Of a DNA stretch of 64,000 nt, positions 11,911 through 24,771 are shown one piece after another; position 1 is the stretch's first letter, and each line of letters begins with the position of its first letter. The notes beneath the pieces are model-generated. The model was not told the origin of the DNA and ran no database searches. It saw nothing but the letters and a program-made list of their open reading frames with translations. This DNA is from Bilabrum cf. latius (lineage: Eukaryota): assembly GCA_965178125.1 (NCBI GenBank), contig OZ237768.1, forward strand, positions 682,001 through 746,000, given 5' to 3'. The position numbers and the translations under genes were made by a program.

Positions 11911-14679
11911 ATGGCTTCTGTTTGCGTAGTTTAGCCTACGTCTGTGTCTGATATTCAACGTGCTTTGCGGATCGCGTGCTGCACAGGTACGAAGCTGCAC
12001 CTTGAGGGATCGCTGTCATTCGACGCCCACGTTCTTGGACGTAGTGACTTGAGTGACAGCTCGAAATATGTGATTTTGTCTGAAGCTGAGTATATCCAGA
12101 AGTATGATACAACAGCTGGCTGTTTGGGTGCCAATGGAGATGGACAGCTTGCAAGCATTTCCTTTGCTGGTAGTTCGAACGGGCGACACGCTGACGGCGC
12201 GGGCATCCACCACACGAACAGCGCCAGCAGCCGTAATGAATCAGCGCTTGTCGGTTCTGCAGATTCGCCTTGCCTCGTTCTCAGCATGGGTGGCATGGAC
12301 CGCGTCCTGGCCTTGGACACGGAGCGTAGACTGGTCAAGGTGCAGGCGGGCATCTCGCTCGAGGCGCTGAGGTCCTAGCTTTCTGCACATGGTTTATGTC
12401 TGCCAGCAATTGGTGTGACAGAGGGGTCTCATACGAGGGATGGTCTGCAGCTGTGGCAGGCGCTGGAGCGGGGCCACTGCGGTGTGGGGCCCCGGCAGCG
12501 GATGCTCGGGGGCAGGGTGCGGGAGGCGCAGATCGTCCGTGGGAATGGAGAAAGCGTCCTCGCTTCCAGTAAGCACTTGAGAGACGTGTTTCGAGCCAGT
12601 CTCGCGGGCAGCTGCGGGCCTCCTTTGGTGGTGCCAGCGGGGTACTTGCTCGAGTGCTCGCCCCAGTTCGCTCTGTGCCCCGTGGTGGGGCCATGTCCGC
12701 AGGAGACAGGCATCGGCCTCATACGCAGGGCCGCTGTAGAGTCTACCCAGCGTTCCACCTCAAGTAGGGATGGTTTCAATGTCCCCGAGCCCACTGCCCC
12801 GCTGCATCGTCAGGGCGGCATGCTTCAGGTGCTGTGGACCCCCGACTTGGTGGACGCAGCGGGCGAGGGCCGCACCTGGGCTCGTCTGCTGCTGGCCCGC
12901 ACCATCGGCGAGCTGGCAGGCTCACCTAAGACTGGACCAGCGGGGACTGAGTCGGCCTCTGTTGGTCCCTCCGGGTCCACCCGGAGGGGGGCTGGGGCGC
13001 TGCGGCCCCTGGGCCCGGGGAGCGTTGCAGCCAGCGAGGCCACGTCGCTGAGTCCAGGGACCGTGCGGACCTCCCCGGGGGGCAGATTTGTCGTGCCGCC
13101 GAGTCTGACAGGCAGAGCCAAGACACGGCCAGGGGCAGGAACAGGGACAGGGCAGGTCTCGAATGAACACGGGGGGGCGGCAAGCGATGGAGCATCGGAT
13201 GGCTCCGTGCCTGTCCGTGTCGCGCAGCAAGTCCCCGCGGGCAGTATTCCTGGCCAGGGACCGCTGCTAGAGGCGTGCTGCTGGGCCGCGCAAGATGCGG
13301 TGCATGCAGGTGTATCCGCTGCTTGCTGTGATGTGCCTGGCTGCGTGTCCAACGCGCACAGAGCAGCGGCCGGTCTTGCTCTCGTGCTGGGCGTCACTGA
13401 GGTTGTGCTGCTGCTCTACCTGCTGAGCAGCGCCGCAGGCTTTAGCTGGCTGGCTGGTCCTCTGGCGCAGCTGTGGGTGTGGCTGTCTCCTGTTGCGGCT
13501 GCAGAATCGGCGGGTAGGCGCGGGGTATGCAGCGCTTGGGGGCTGCCCCAGTGGTCGTCCTCCCAGGCCAGGGAACAACGGACCCGCGCCCGACTACTCG
13601 CGGCCCTGGCATCTCCTAGTCCCTAGCCAGACACCCCCAGCGCGGCCTCCTCCCTCCCCCCTGAGTGCTTCTAGACCGCTTCGCGGGCGCTGGGGCTGGA
13701 TCCATTGGCGATGCCAAGCCCCTCGCTTGCAGGCGGGGCCACTGGATGGCTGCTGGACGTTGGGAGGACTACGCACCTGGGCTGGGCGGTACCCCGTGCA
13801 GAAGCCGACCAGGCTCTGGAGGCGGTTCGGCGAGCCATGGCGCGTTGGGCGGCAGGCGGTGCCCTGTCTGGATCCAGCGCGCTGCCTGCCCCAGCGAGGA
13901 AGAGACAAGGCCGGTGGGGCGGGGTGTGGCCCGGGTCTGCAGGGTGGGCTGGCATCCAGAGGCAGGGGCAGAGGCAGGGGCAGGATTCTGGGGGCAGCAG
14001 CCACGACGGTGCTTCGGACGAGTTGGGCGGGGTGTCTCGTGGGAGCATCCCTGGTGCGTTCGGGCCCGGGGTAGCCATGCCCGCCCTGGGCGTCGATCTC
14101 GTGAAAGGGGACCACTGCTGGCTGTCTCCCGCGGCTGGGGCGGACTCCATGGTGCTGCGGCTGCGGTGGGTGCCGCTGCAGCCGTGGCTATTGGCCCTCC
14201 CCCTGGTGGGCGCCGTGCTTCGGGGGGCGTGCGCCAGGCATGCGTCTCTAGTGGCATCGCTCGGGGCCGCGCTGGTGAGCGACCAAGTGGCTGCCCGGCC
14301 TCTGGGCGCCGCTGCCCACCGGCTGATGGTCCCTCCGCTGCTGATGCGAAGACTCTTTCGCAGGTGGGCGGCTGTGTTGGACCTGCGAGATGACGAGTGC
14401 GACCCTCAGCACGCGCTCGTCAGCCGGGACTGGGACGGGTGGCTCGCTGCCTCGGAGGCGCCGGTTGCAACCGAGGACGGGGAGAGCTTGGGGATGGCAG
14501 GGGCGGCTGCCATTGGTGGCTTGCTGGAAAACTTGGGCGGCGGAGGCCCCGGGGTCCAGCAGGGTGAGGGGGGGGGCGGGCTTCCTAAGGCGGGGCCGAC
14601 TGCCAGCGGGGAGGACCACCAGGACTCCGGGCTCAGAGCACGACAAGTCACCCCTAGTGCGGGTAAGACAAGTGACTAA
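11911..14679 (+). CDS. FAD-binding oxidoreductase, divergent aldonolactone oxidase (GULO/ALO)-like
   Basis: MASVCVV[TAG]PTSVSDIQRALRIA...LSMGGMDRVLALDTERRLVKVQAGISLEALRS[TAG]LSAHGLCLP resembles the FAD_binding_4 N-terminus. C-terminal MRRLFRRWAAVLDLRDDECDPQHAL resembles the ALO tail. One frame, four TAGs, ends TAA. Confidence 0.65.
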
Positions 14680-14860
14680 TCGTTGATTGGATTGAGGCCT
14701 GATTGATACCCAGATGCTTGTGAATCCGCGCAGAATGATGGATTTTCTTGAAGTGCACGTTATGAAGATGAATGCAGGCACCGGGGGGCAAGTCTTTGAC
14801 GACGACCACGAATCCTGGGCTCGTTGGAGCCTTGTCTTTCAATCACCACCTCATTTTGGC

Positions 14861-17197
14861 ATGGACATTATCAAACGAAATTAGGCAGCTACCGCGGGGA
14901 GGAAAGGGTAGGCGTAGAACAGGGCGCCTGCGCCCATCCAGATCACAGCTGAGCAGCTGCTGCTCGAATCGCGATTAAGACAGAAAGAATTGCAGCCAGA
15001 ATCAAAGCCCCGGGTTATAATTAAAGATGCAGTCGAGTTAGCGGAGTACAGAACGAAGAAGAGAGCCGAATTCGAGCGCGGGCTAAGAGCCCAGATGTCG
15101 CGCAAGAAGATTTGGCTTGCCTATGCTAGATGGGAAGAGGAACAGAAAGACTTTGTACGGGCGAGGTCAGTTTTTGAACGAGCTTTGGATGTAGACTACC
15201 GGGAGACGCGAATGTGGACGGCGTACGCGGACATGGAAATCAGGGGGAAGTTTGTGAACCGAGCAAGGAACGTGTTGGACCGCGCCACAGCTTTGCTGCC
15301 CAGAGTTGACGCATTGTGGTACAAGTACGTGTTTTTGGAGGAAGCAGTAGGCAATTTTGAGAACTGCAGGGCGGTCTTTGAGCGCTGGATGCAGTGGGAA
15401 CCCGAGGAGAAGGCGTGGCTGTCGTTCGCGAACTTTGAGACCAGGCACGGCACAGCGGACCGCGCCAGGTCTGTCTACACCCGGTACGTTGCTTGTCATC
15501 CGTCCAGCGAATCGGTGCTCCGGTTTGCCAAGTGGGAGGAGCGGCAGGGGCAGGTGCCCCTCGCCCGGGCCGTGTTTGGGCGAGGGCTGGAAGACCTGGA
15601 GGAGCACGAGCTGGGTGCCGAGTTCTTTCTCGCATTTGCACGGCTTGAGGCGCGCGCTGGGGAGGTGGAGCGAGCGAGGGCCGTGTATCAGTTCGCCGAG
15701 GAGAGGCTTGCTGCTCTGGGGGCGGCAGGGGCTGCCCCCCTGCGCCGGGTGCAGCGGGAGCGGTCGCAGTTCGAGCGGCAGCAGGGTGATGCTGCGGGTG
15801 TGGAGGGCGCCGTGGTGAGCAAGCGGAGGCAGGAGTACGGCTCGATGGTGGGCAAGAACCCGCTGGACGTGGACGCGTGGATGGACTTGCTGCGGCTGGA
15901 GGAGGCGCACGGGGACGCGCAGTCGGTGCGGCGAACATACCTGCGGGCGGTCAAGCATGCCATGCCTCCCCGCAGGGAGAAGAGATTCTGGAGGAGATAC
16001 GTGTGGATCTGGCTGCGATGGGCGTCCTGGGAGGAAACAGACGAGAAGGGCGGGGGCAGGACTGCTGCTCGCAAGGTGCTGGGCTCTGCACTGCGCGCCA
16101 TCCCCCACTCTGTGTTCACCTTTGGCAAGCTGTGGAGGGCCGCGGCCATGCTGGAGGTCAGGGACAAGAAGTTAGAGGCCGCCCGACGGGTCTTTCAGAC
16201 GGCTCTTGGGAGGTGTCCCAAGGACAGCGTGTTCCGGGCAGCCATCGATCTCGAGTGGCAGCTGGGCGAGGTGGACCGCTGCAGGGCGCTGCACAGGGAC
16301 AGGCTGCTGTTTGCCCCTTTCGCATCGAGGGCCTGGCAGGAAGCGGCGGATCTGGAGGCCAAATGCGGGGAGGACGAGCGCGCGCGGGCGGTGCTGGAGC
16401 TGGCACTGGCCCAGCCCTCGCTAGACATGCCCGAGGCGGCCTGGCGGGCGGCCATCGACCTCGAGGTGCAGCTGGGTGAGCTGGGTAGGGCCAGGGCTCT
16501 CTACCGGAGGTTGCTGGACCGGTCAGCTCACGTCAAGGTGTGGCTAGCTGCCGCCCGCTTCGAGGCCAAAGTGGCGCAGCGGGCCTCGGATGCTCGCGCG
16601 GTGCTGCGGCGGGCGTACGACTTCTTCAAGGGGCAGGGGGAGCGGGGCCACGCGAGCAGGGCCGTGATTGCGGACCAGTGGGCCCGATTCGAGGCCGCGC
16701 AGGCCAGGCGCGCCGGCCTGGAGGACACACCCGCGCTGAGGGAGGCGCTGGCCAGGAGGCCTCAGGTGACCGTGCGCACGCGGGCCGTCCTCGGAGAGGA
16801 CGGGCTGCCCCGGGGAACAGAGGAGGTGCAGGAGTTCCACTTCGCCGACGATGTGCAGGCGGCGCCCGGGGCCCGATTGCTGGATAAGGCACGCGCGTGG
16901 AAAGCCAAGCTGGAGAAAGCCAAGCGCGCCAAGCTAGCAGCAGCGGGGGCGTCGGGCGAGGGCACAGCATCGCAGCCAGTTGCGGCACAGATTGCACAGG
17001 AGCAGGCTGTACCGCCGACTTCATCTTCATCATCGTCTTCTGCGGCATCTTCAGGCATGGCATCGGCGCAACCAGACGGTGCAGCGATGGAAGATGGCGA
17101 TGATGGGGACGACGAGCCGGCTGTAGGGAGCGAGTCGCAGAGACAGGAGCAGCCGCAGGTGGGAAGCAAGCGACCCAGGGGTGACACAGGGGATTGA
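14861..17197 (+). CDS. CRNKL1: Crooked neck-like pre-mRNA splicing factor (HAT repeats)
   Basis: Conserved NRAPAPIQITAEQLL, RARSVFERALDVDYR, LWYKYVFLEE and EKRFWRRYVWIW motifs. ATG 14861 needs TAGs at 14882, 14909 and 14915 to be read as sense. Ends TGA. Confidence 0.95.
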
Positions 17198-17340
17198 CGA
17201 TGGAAGCCTCGCCTTGGTCTAGCATACAAGTTGCTAGCGGGAAAGTCCAGCCGCTGTATATGACCAAGGTGATGCATACCCCTATACAATGTACCGTGCA
17301 CGGACGGCATCGTAAAGAGTCTAGGCCGTCAAAGCTGCGA

Positions 17341-18657
17341 TTACGTCATGCCACCCCCGTCCCGATCCGCACCATCCTCCATGCCTCCAAAGTCTCTGTA
17401 GAAATCCGACTTGTCCATGGCACGTCTAGCTTCGGATGGCTTCCACGCCGATGCCCCCGCCACCCCTCGGCCGGCAGAGCTGGACCCAGCCCCCGCCCCT
17501 CCTGCCGCCGCCCCATCTGCACGCTCACCCCCCACCGCTCCCGAGGACCCGGATTCCCTCGCATCTGAGGCATCGGTCGACCTACCCCCGCTGCCCCCTG
17601 CTCCCTCTACCATGTCCCCGTCCCTCACCGACCGCACGTCCCAGAACCGCAGCGAGTCATCCAGCGCGCAGGACCCCAGGAGCCCTCCGCACCTGCTCAG
17701 CCGCATGGCCTGCACGGGCTCGTCGCCATGCTCCCCCACCACCCGGACGATGCGGTGAGGCTGCACACCAACCAGCCGCACCAGTCCATCTTCGCCTCCA
17801 GAGAAGACCAGTCCCGAATCCGAGGGACCTGCCGGCGCCAGGCAGTCCACGCTGCCCTCGGGCCCCACCAGCCTGTCGTCCATGTCGCCGAATCGGCCCC
17901 AGGAGAAGATGTGCAGAGGCCCGTCCTGCGTGCCCACGACAACCTTGCTTCCTCCCTTGATGATGGCGCAGCTCAGCAGTGCACTCTCCTAGTTGTCGCT
18001 CTGGGCGAGGACCCGGCCTTTGCGCAGGTCGATGGCTGACACCGTCCCGTCCCCGCTGCACGACACCAAAGTGGCCTTGTCTTCCCTCAGAGCAAAGTCC
18101 ATAATAATATCGTCGTGAGGGGACCCATCCTTAAACCGAAACGCGGGCTTCTGGCTGCGGATGTCCCACACGACGATCTATCCCTCGTCGTCGCCCGTCG
18201 CTAGTACACGACTGCTGAACTGCAAAGCGCAATTCACCGGGTTCCCATCGTGTTCTGAGTCATCTGACCACACCTTCTTGCCATTCGCTGCGACAATTGA
18301 AACTGCTCCATCTGCTGTTGCGCACACTAGCGCTCCGCCGTCGCTGGTGAACCTCACCTTGCGGCAAGCTCGCTTGCTGACCCCAACGCTAGCCACTCGC
18401 CGGACGGCTGCATCTGTACCAGCACGATACTGGAACAAGTTGATATCACCACTTACTAACCCCGCGCATACCACGTCTTGAGAAGGATGGAAGTCAAGAT
18501 CAAACACGCTGCAAGGGAACTCTATGGCAGGCGGGGCGCCGGCGTCGTGCGCCTCCTTGCTTGCTTTTCCGGCATACCCACCCTTCCGTGCGGAGGGATC
18601 GGGCCGTTCCCACCCAGATGCTCCCGTTGAGGGCGCTGGGGCGGCCGACGAGCTCAT
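17341..18657 (-). CDS. WDR55: WD40 protein WDR55/JIP5-like
   Basis: FDLDFHPSQDVVCAGLVSG, LATGDDEG[TAG]IVVWDIR, SDN[TAG]ESALLS, VVGTQDG, FSWGRFGDMDDR. TAGs at 18178 and 17989. Ends TAA. Confidence 0.85.
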
Positions 18658-18764
18658 GCTACGGTGTGTTGCAGTTGGTCATCATGTCGGGGGAATGGCG
18701 GCGCTGATCACACCTGCCTACTAGTACTGCAACTGTGGGTTTGCTCGGCCCATTACGGCGCACC

Positions 18765-21184
18765 ATGTCGGAGTTTTCCAGTTCGGTCATGTTAGGCGAC
18801 CTAAATGACTTTATTAGCCCATCCTAGGCTTGCGTCAACCCCTTGTTTAGCGGTGATTCGAAGCAGGACACGGCAACAACAACGAGTGCTGGCGATGGCG
18901 GAACAGCCGCCATCAAACTTGAACTAGACATGTCTATGGATCCTGACTTTAAGCCTGATCTAATCAAAGGTGGAAGTACATCATCGCCTGGCGAATCGGT
19001 AGCATAGGTCTCGCTAAACGATTGCTTGGCGTGTTCAGGCTGCGTGACGTCCGCTGAGGCCGTCTTAGTGGAGCAACAGAGTACAACTCGACTGAGGTCA
19101 GACCTCAGCGAACTGGACGTGAGCATAACCCAACTAAAAAATATATGCGAACGATGCTACTGGGTGCCCACCTGCTGCCTCCACCATAACATGTACTTCC
19201 TTCGCAGCCGTCAACAGCGGTCATCGTGTCCATCAGTCCGGCAGTGGTTGCCTCGGTGCAAGTCGAACTTGGATTGAAGAGCTCGAACGATACGATATAG
19301 CTCATTGAACGAACCGCAAGCCAGCTCCGGCCGGGAGCAGTTGCAGTGCCCCTTGGTGCCCCGCTGGAGGTGGCGCGTGCCAACACCGCCGTGGAGATGG
19401 TGCACCGCATCGCAGCTCGGCGATCGACCGAGCTTGCTGGGCTCTATGCAGCGGCCGATAAGTCTGGTGACCCTCTCCCTGCCGCCCTTACCGCTCTGCG
19501 TGCTCCTGGTCTCGCCCCCCTTCGAGAGGCAGTGCTGGCGGTGCGCGGGACAGTTGTGGGAGGGAAAGGGAAAGGGACAGATGGCATGCCCGCTGGCCCC
19601 GCAGCCGGATCGTCACTCCCCTCGATCGCCCCTGGTCTAGCCCCATGGGAGGCCCCCACCCCCAGCGTGGCAGTCAGCGCCCTCGAGAGCAAGGAGGTGG
19701 ACCCCTCCTCGGGGACAGAGCTAGGGGCCGTGCGGGCCAGGGAGCGCGTTGGAACTGACATCGTGCCACCTTGCCTGCCTATGCTCGTCTCGGAATGCCC
19801 AGGGTGGGTCTGTTTTGCGGAGAAGAGCAGTCCCCAGTCTCTGCCATACCTGGCCCGCACCCGGTCTCCCCAGCAGGTGCTTGGGCTAGCTGTGCTCAGG
19901 GACGCAGCCCACCGTGGGCCCTCCAGCATCAGCGCCAGCTCTGCCAGCTCATCGAGTACCAGCTCATCGAATGCCAGCTCATCGAGTGCCGCACCATCCC
20001 GAGCGTTCTACCATGTATCGATCCAGCCGTGCTTTGACAAAAAGCTAGAGGCTGCAAGGCGGGATTTCGTTCATGCAGCCTCTGAACCAGCGGCCGGGAG
20101 TGGAGGGGAATATGTGGAAGGGGTTCCCGAGGTGGATTGCGTGCTTTCGGCTGCTGAGGTCTTGGAGCTGGCGCGGGAGGTGGGGGTGTTGCCGGCGAGT
20201 GGAGAGGTGGTACAGGCCCAGTCCAAGGCAACAGCCACAGAGACAGCAACAGCAGCTGTAGGGTCTGATAGCAGCGAATCGAAGTCAGACACCAGCCCAC
20301 TCGAGAGGTCAATGCCATCAAGGTCGTCAGGAGGCTCTGCCCTGCTTGAGGCAATGCGAGTCGGCTCTGATCCGGGCGTGACCTGCGGCTCTGCCTGGCA
20401 GCACGTCTCATCAGGGGCCTATGCCGAGCACGCCCTCAGGTTCGCTGCCCTCGCCCTCGCGGTGGGACTAGGTCTCAGCGGGCTAGAGGATGCGGCCATG
20501 CAGTTGGCGGGGCCCCTGTCCTGGCGGAAGGGCCGCAATGCCGACATGTGGGAGGCAGCGCTGGTGGTGCCGGGCAGTGCGCGCAAGCCAAAGGAAGAGG
20601 GCAGCAGTAGCGAGGGACTCGTGCTGAGGGCTGCCACTGCGTATGGATTCCGCAATATACAGGGCATCATCAGTCGTCTGAGGAAGCAGTCGAGGCAGAT
20701 GAAGAGAAAGGAGGGCAGCGGGCAGCCCCCGGCCGCTCCGGTGCTAGACCTGGTCGAAACTATGGCCTGTCCCAGCGGCTGTGCGAACGGAGGTGGGCAG
20801 CCCAAGCTGGTCCAGTCCTCAGAGGCGGTAAAATCAGGTGTGGTCTCCAAGGCGGAGGCACAGGCAGCGCGGGCTGAGGAGGTGCGGCAGGCGATGCGAT
20901 CGTGCTCGGGGTGCGGTGGTGAGGCGTGTTCGTGCGTCTCAGGTACGGCAGGGTAGGACAGGGGCAGCAAGCTGGCAGGGGGTAGGGCTGCAGGACGAGG
21001 TGGAGATGCCACGAGCAGTGCAGCGTCCTGCATGCGTGAGATGCAGCTGTCCCCCGCTGCCTGCGCCGTGCTCACAGCGGTCGGCTCTCTGCCCGGCGGG
21101 CTGGACGGCTCTCCACTGGGCACTCAATTTCACCGGGTGCCCCCCATGGTGAGCGAGGTGGCAGGTAGCGCTGTGAGGTGGTGA
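18765..21184 (+). CDS. NAR1: Cytosolic Fe-S assembly factor Nar1/NARFL (CIAO3), [FeFe]-hydrogenase-like
   Basis: DLNDFISPS[TAG]ACVNP, A[TAG][61 protein letters not shown]. Intron 19119-19207. Reading TAG 20954 as sense gives the family-typical C-terminus ...GTQFHRV...AVRW-TGA. Confidence 0.93.
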
Positions 21185-21367
21185 GCGAAGCGGCCGAGCA
21201 GAAAGCACTACCGTACTAGCATGCCAATTTGACGGGGTTTGCACAGGAACGTGCACCTTTGTTCGCCAAGCCGTGGTGTCGGGCAACATGCAAGTGAGCA
21301 TTGGCACAATTAGTCCCTCCGCCAATGCTGTCAATAACCTCCTCGAATATGTATCGCAAGCACCGTA

Positions 21368-22774
21368 TTAGGTCGGTTTCTTGCGCCTAGCCACTGCTGC
21401 CTCATCATCACTATCATCCTCCAAGCCACCCGGATCCACGGGAGCAGGTGCGGGCGCAGTCGCAGTGGCTTTGGGAGTGGCGGCACGTCTGGATGCCGCA
21501 CCTTCTTCATCATCATCGTCATCCTCCTCACTGTGGCCCCCACCAGACACAGCGCCACCCAGCAGACCCCCCGCGCCACCACTTGCACCAGCACTCGGTC
21601 CATCCGCACCGCTCCCCGTGCCCCCCAGCTCAGCCTCCAGGTCAACGCCCCCCGCACCATCTCCCGCTCCCCGTTCTCCCCCCCCGTCCTCGTCCTCAGG
21701 GAACACCCACGTGGTTCCCTCCGCCACCCGGTCGCTCCCCGGAAACTCGCCTCCTCCCAACACCCCCCCTCGGTCTGCACCCCCTGTGGGCTTGCCTCCC
21801 GCACCCGGGCCTGCCATCGCATGATCCGAGTGCCGGCCTACGACCGGAATGGACGGAACGAGGTCCCTCGCCAGCACGTCCTCCTTGGCCCCAGCCAGGA
21901 AGGCGTGGTCCAGCAGCTGCGTGGCCGTGGGGCGACGCTCCGGGTCCGCCTGCAGACAGGCCTGCACGAAGGACTTTAGGGCGCTGGAAGGCTCTTTGGA
22001 GTTTGGGGTCCGCTCGTACAGAGCAAATGTGGGAGGGGCCTCCTTGAGCGTTCTCCGGATGACCTCCATGGGTGCCATGCGCTGGTAGGGGGCCTAACCC
22101 TTGGCCAGCTCCATGGCAGTGATGCCGATGCTCCAGATGTCGGCCTTGGTGTTGTAGCCGCGCTCGTCCTGCCGCATCACTTCTGGCGCCATATTGGTCG
22201 GTGTTCCGATCATGGTGCCCCGCCGTCCCTCGTCGCGCTCGCCCACACCCATCAGTCCCGCCACCCCAAAATCAGCAAGCTTCACCTCTCCTTTACGGTT
22301 AAGCAATATATTGCCGGCTTTAATGTCTCTATGAATCATGCGATCGCGGTGGAGATACTGCAGCCCCTCAACGGATTGGCGCAAAATGGCAGCAATGCAG
22401 GGCTCGCTCAGGCCCTGCCCGTCCTGCAGCTCGCCTGTCCGCTGCAGCACTCGCAAAATATACTGGCATGACCCCAAATCCATCAAAGGCATAACCAGCC
22501 ACAAGTCTGACTTGTCAACAAATGTGCAGTACAAATTCAGTACGCTGGAGTGTCGGCAAGTGCGCATTGCTCGCACTTCCACATCCAGATCCTCCGGGTT
22601 CTGCAGCTTATCGAGTGCCATGATCTTTATCGCTACCTCCATCCCCAGAGGCAAGCATCTGGCCCTAAATACACTGGCAAACGCCCCCTTGCCAATCTGC
22701 TCCACTATTTTGTAGTCTGCAGGAGTTGTGGGCCAATCGCATTCGGCAGGAGCCGAGCTTGAAGCTCCCGCCAT
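21368..22774 (-). CDS. STE20-family Ser/Thr kinase (OSR1/SPAK/Fray-like)
   Basis: IGKGAFASV, HRDIKAGNILL, DFGV, GTPTNMAPEV, DIWSIGITAMELAKG[TAG]APY...LQADPERRPTATQLLDHAF. One TAG (22094-22096) lies inside the kinase domain. Ends TAA. Confidence 0.92.
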
Positions 22775-23076
22775 GCTCCAATCTAATCAGCAACAGGAGT
22801 ACGAAGTCCAACACAGTCGAGAAACTATTGCACCTAATACGATTCCTTTCTAGCTGGGAGGCACGACAGTTGCTTGGGATTGTAAACGAGCAGCTCATGT
22901 CCTGAATATACCAGAGCGTACTGAAACAGCGCGCTACTGGTTGTCGCCTGCGGTCTTTTGTCTGGTCTGGCTGGACCGGATAGCAGCAGAGCATTCAGAA
23001 CAGAGTGCCCAATTGCAGCGGTAATGTTTGACAGACAAATGACTCCTAGACAATTCATGGGATGCTCGTTTCAATA

Positions 23077-24570
23077 TCAGCTGAAGCTTTGGGACCTTCT
23101 GCGTTTCAAAGCTTCCGCAGCTGTGACGGGGCTGCCACTGGCTGCCAATACCGCTTCCCTGTGCCGCGGACTGACGACTAGCCCAGCGCAAGGGAGCACC
23201 CTTACAGGCTGACCATCTGCAGTACTTGCTCCACTGACCTCTAATTTCGTTTCCTTTCCACTGCTCCCATGGTCACCCTCAACCTCGCCCTTCGGCTTGC
23301 CGGCCCACTCGCAGGCGAAACTGGCTAGCCGTGCTGCTGCCAGCCCTGATTCTGCATCTGCATCTGCATCTGCATCCGCATCTGCATCCGCATCCGCATC
23401 CGCATCCGCATCTCTCATTGACCCTGTCCCTGCATCAACTCCCACTCCCGCCATAGATTCGTGTATCTTGACACCTTTCCGCCCGTTGCTTCGGGCCAGC
23501 CTGTGGATGCCCCCCGGCAGGTCCATGGCTTCCACCAGTCGCCGAGGCAGCGCATACACGGGGTCCACGGGATCGTGCCCCTCCCACCCCGCCTCATCCA
23601 AATAGCCTAGCATACTGAGGCCACAGCACCCAAAGAATGTGTGGTACACATCCGCCACGTCCCCCGGGTGGTCACTGATGCCCCCCAGCTTGGTCTCGTC
23701 GTGCGCCTGGCACCTGAGGATGAAGGCCACCAGGTCTGTTCCCTGAATCCAGTGCCTCCTCCCCAGCATGCACAGCGAGGACAAAACCCACCACGAATAG
23801 CACACATCCGCTTGCTTTTCCGGGCGACCATTCAAGCCCCCGCTGTCGCACTGCCGCTCGGCCAGCCACCAACCGAGCGAGTCTGCGTCAAGCTTGTGCA
23901 GCGCATCCCCGATTGCAAGAGCACCCACGCAGCAGAAGACTTGCCCTGCATGAGACTCACCTCCTGGCACTGCGCCGAACCCACCGTCAAAGTTCCTGCA
24001 CTTTGCTACAAAATCTGTGGCTGCCTCTACATCCACCGCTGAGCAGTCTCCTGACTGCGGCAACTTACCCAGCAGAGCGAGTATTTGCAACGCACAGTAA
24101 GAAAAACGCGTGTCTACCTCACCCCACTCATCCCCAACAAAACTGCCATCGGACTATTGCAGCTAACAAACCCAATCTGCCACTCTAGAAGCGTCAACAG
24201 ACTTGAGGTTGTCAGACAGGCAAAGGATTTGCAGCGCCGAAAGCGTGTACAAAAGGTGTGGGTCCTAGCCGATGTTACCACCAAACCCACCGCTCGTATG
24301 CTGGCATTTGAGCGCGAACTCAACTGCCCCTTTCTGATCTATCCACTCGGGGTGCCCGAGCAGGTGCGCGGTACTCATCGCCCAATACACACCGCTGACT
24401 TTCAAGTGCTCGATGGCAGCATACTCAAACGTATCCTGATTTTCATCTAATTGCTTCAAGAATTGCTGATGCAATCCACCAACAAACGGAACACCCGGCG
24501 GTGCGGCTGCCTCTGGATCCTCGCTCGAATGTGATAATGCCTCTGGGTGACCACTTGCAGCCTGTGCCAT
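23077..24570 (-). CDS. RABGGTB: Rab geranylgeranyltransferase beta subunit
   Basis: [18 protein letters not shown][TAG][11 protein letters not shown][TAG]LQ[TAG][45 protein letters not shown]. Ends TGA. Confidence 0.95.
23353..23410 (-). repeat. Coding hexamer repeat encoding (Asp-Ala)n in the RABGGTB C-terminal tail
   Basis: Tandem GCATCT/GCATCC units on the + strand. Confidence 0.85.
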
Positions 24571-24771
24571 TCTCAAACTTGCCAAACTGGGGCACTCTCG
24601 AATATTGTTTTTACAAGAAATGGACAATGTACTGTGACCGTGTTTCCTGCTGCTCAGGAAGTTCTAGGATAAGAATCCGTCGCATGATCATTTGTAAGGT
24701 GCTTTTGTGGCCAAAAAAAGCGGCGGGATCAGCTTTTCACAATCCGGCAGGAACCAAGAGCTACTGTTGCG

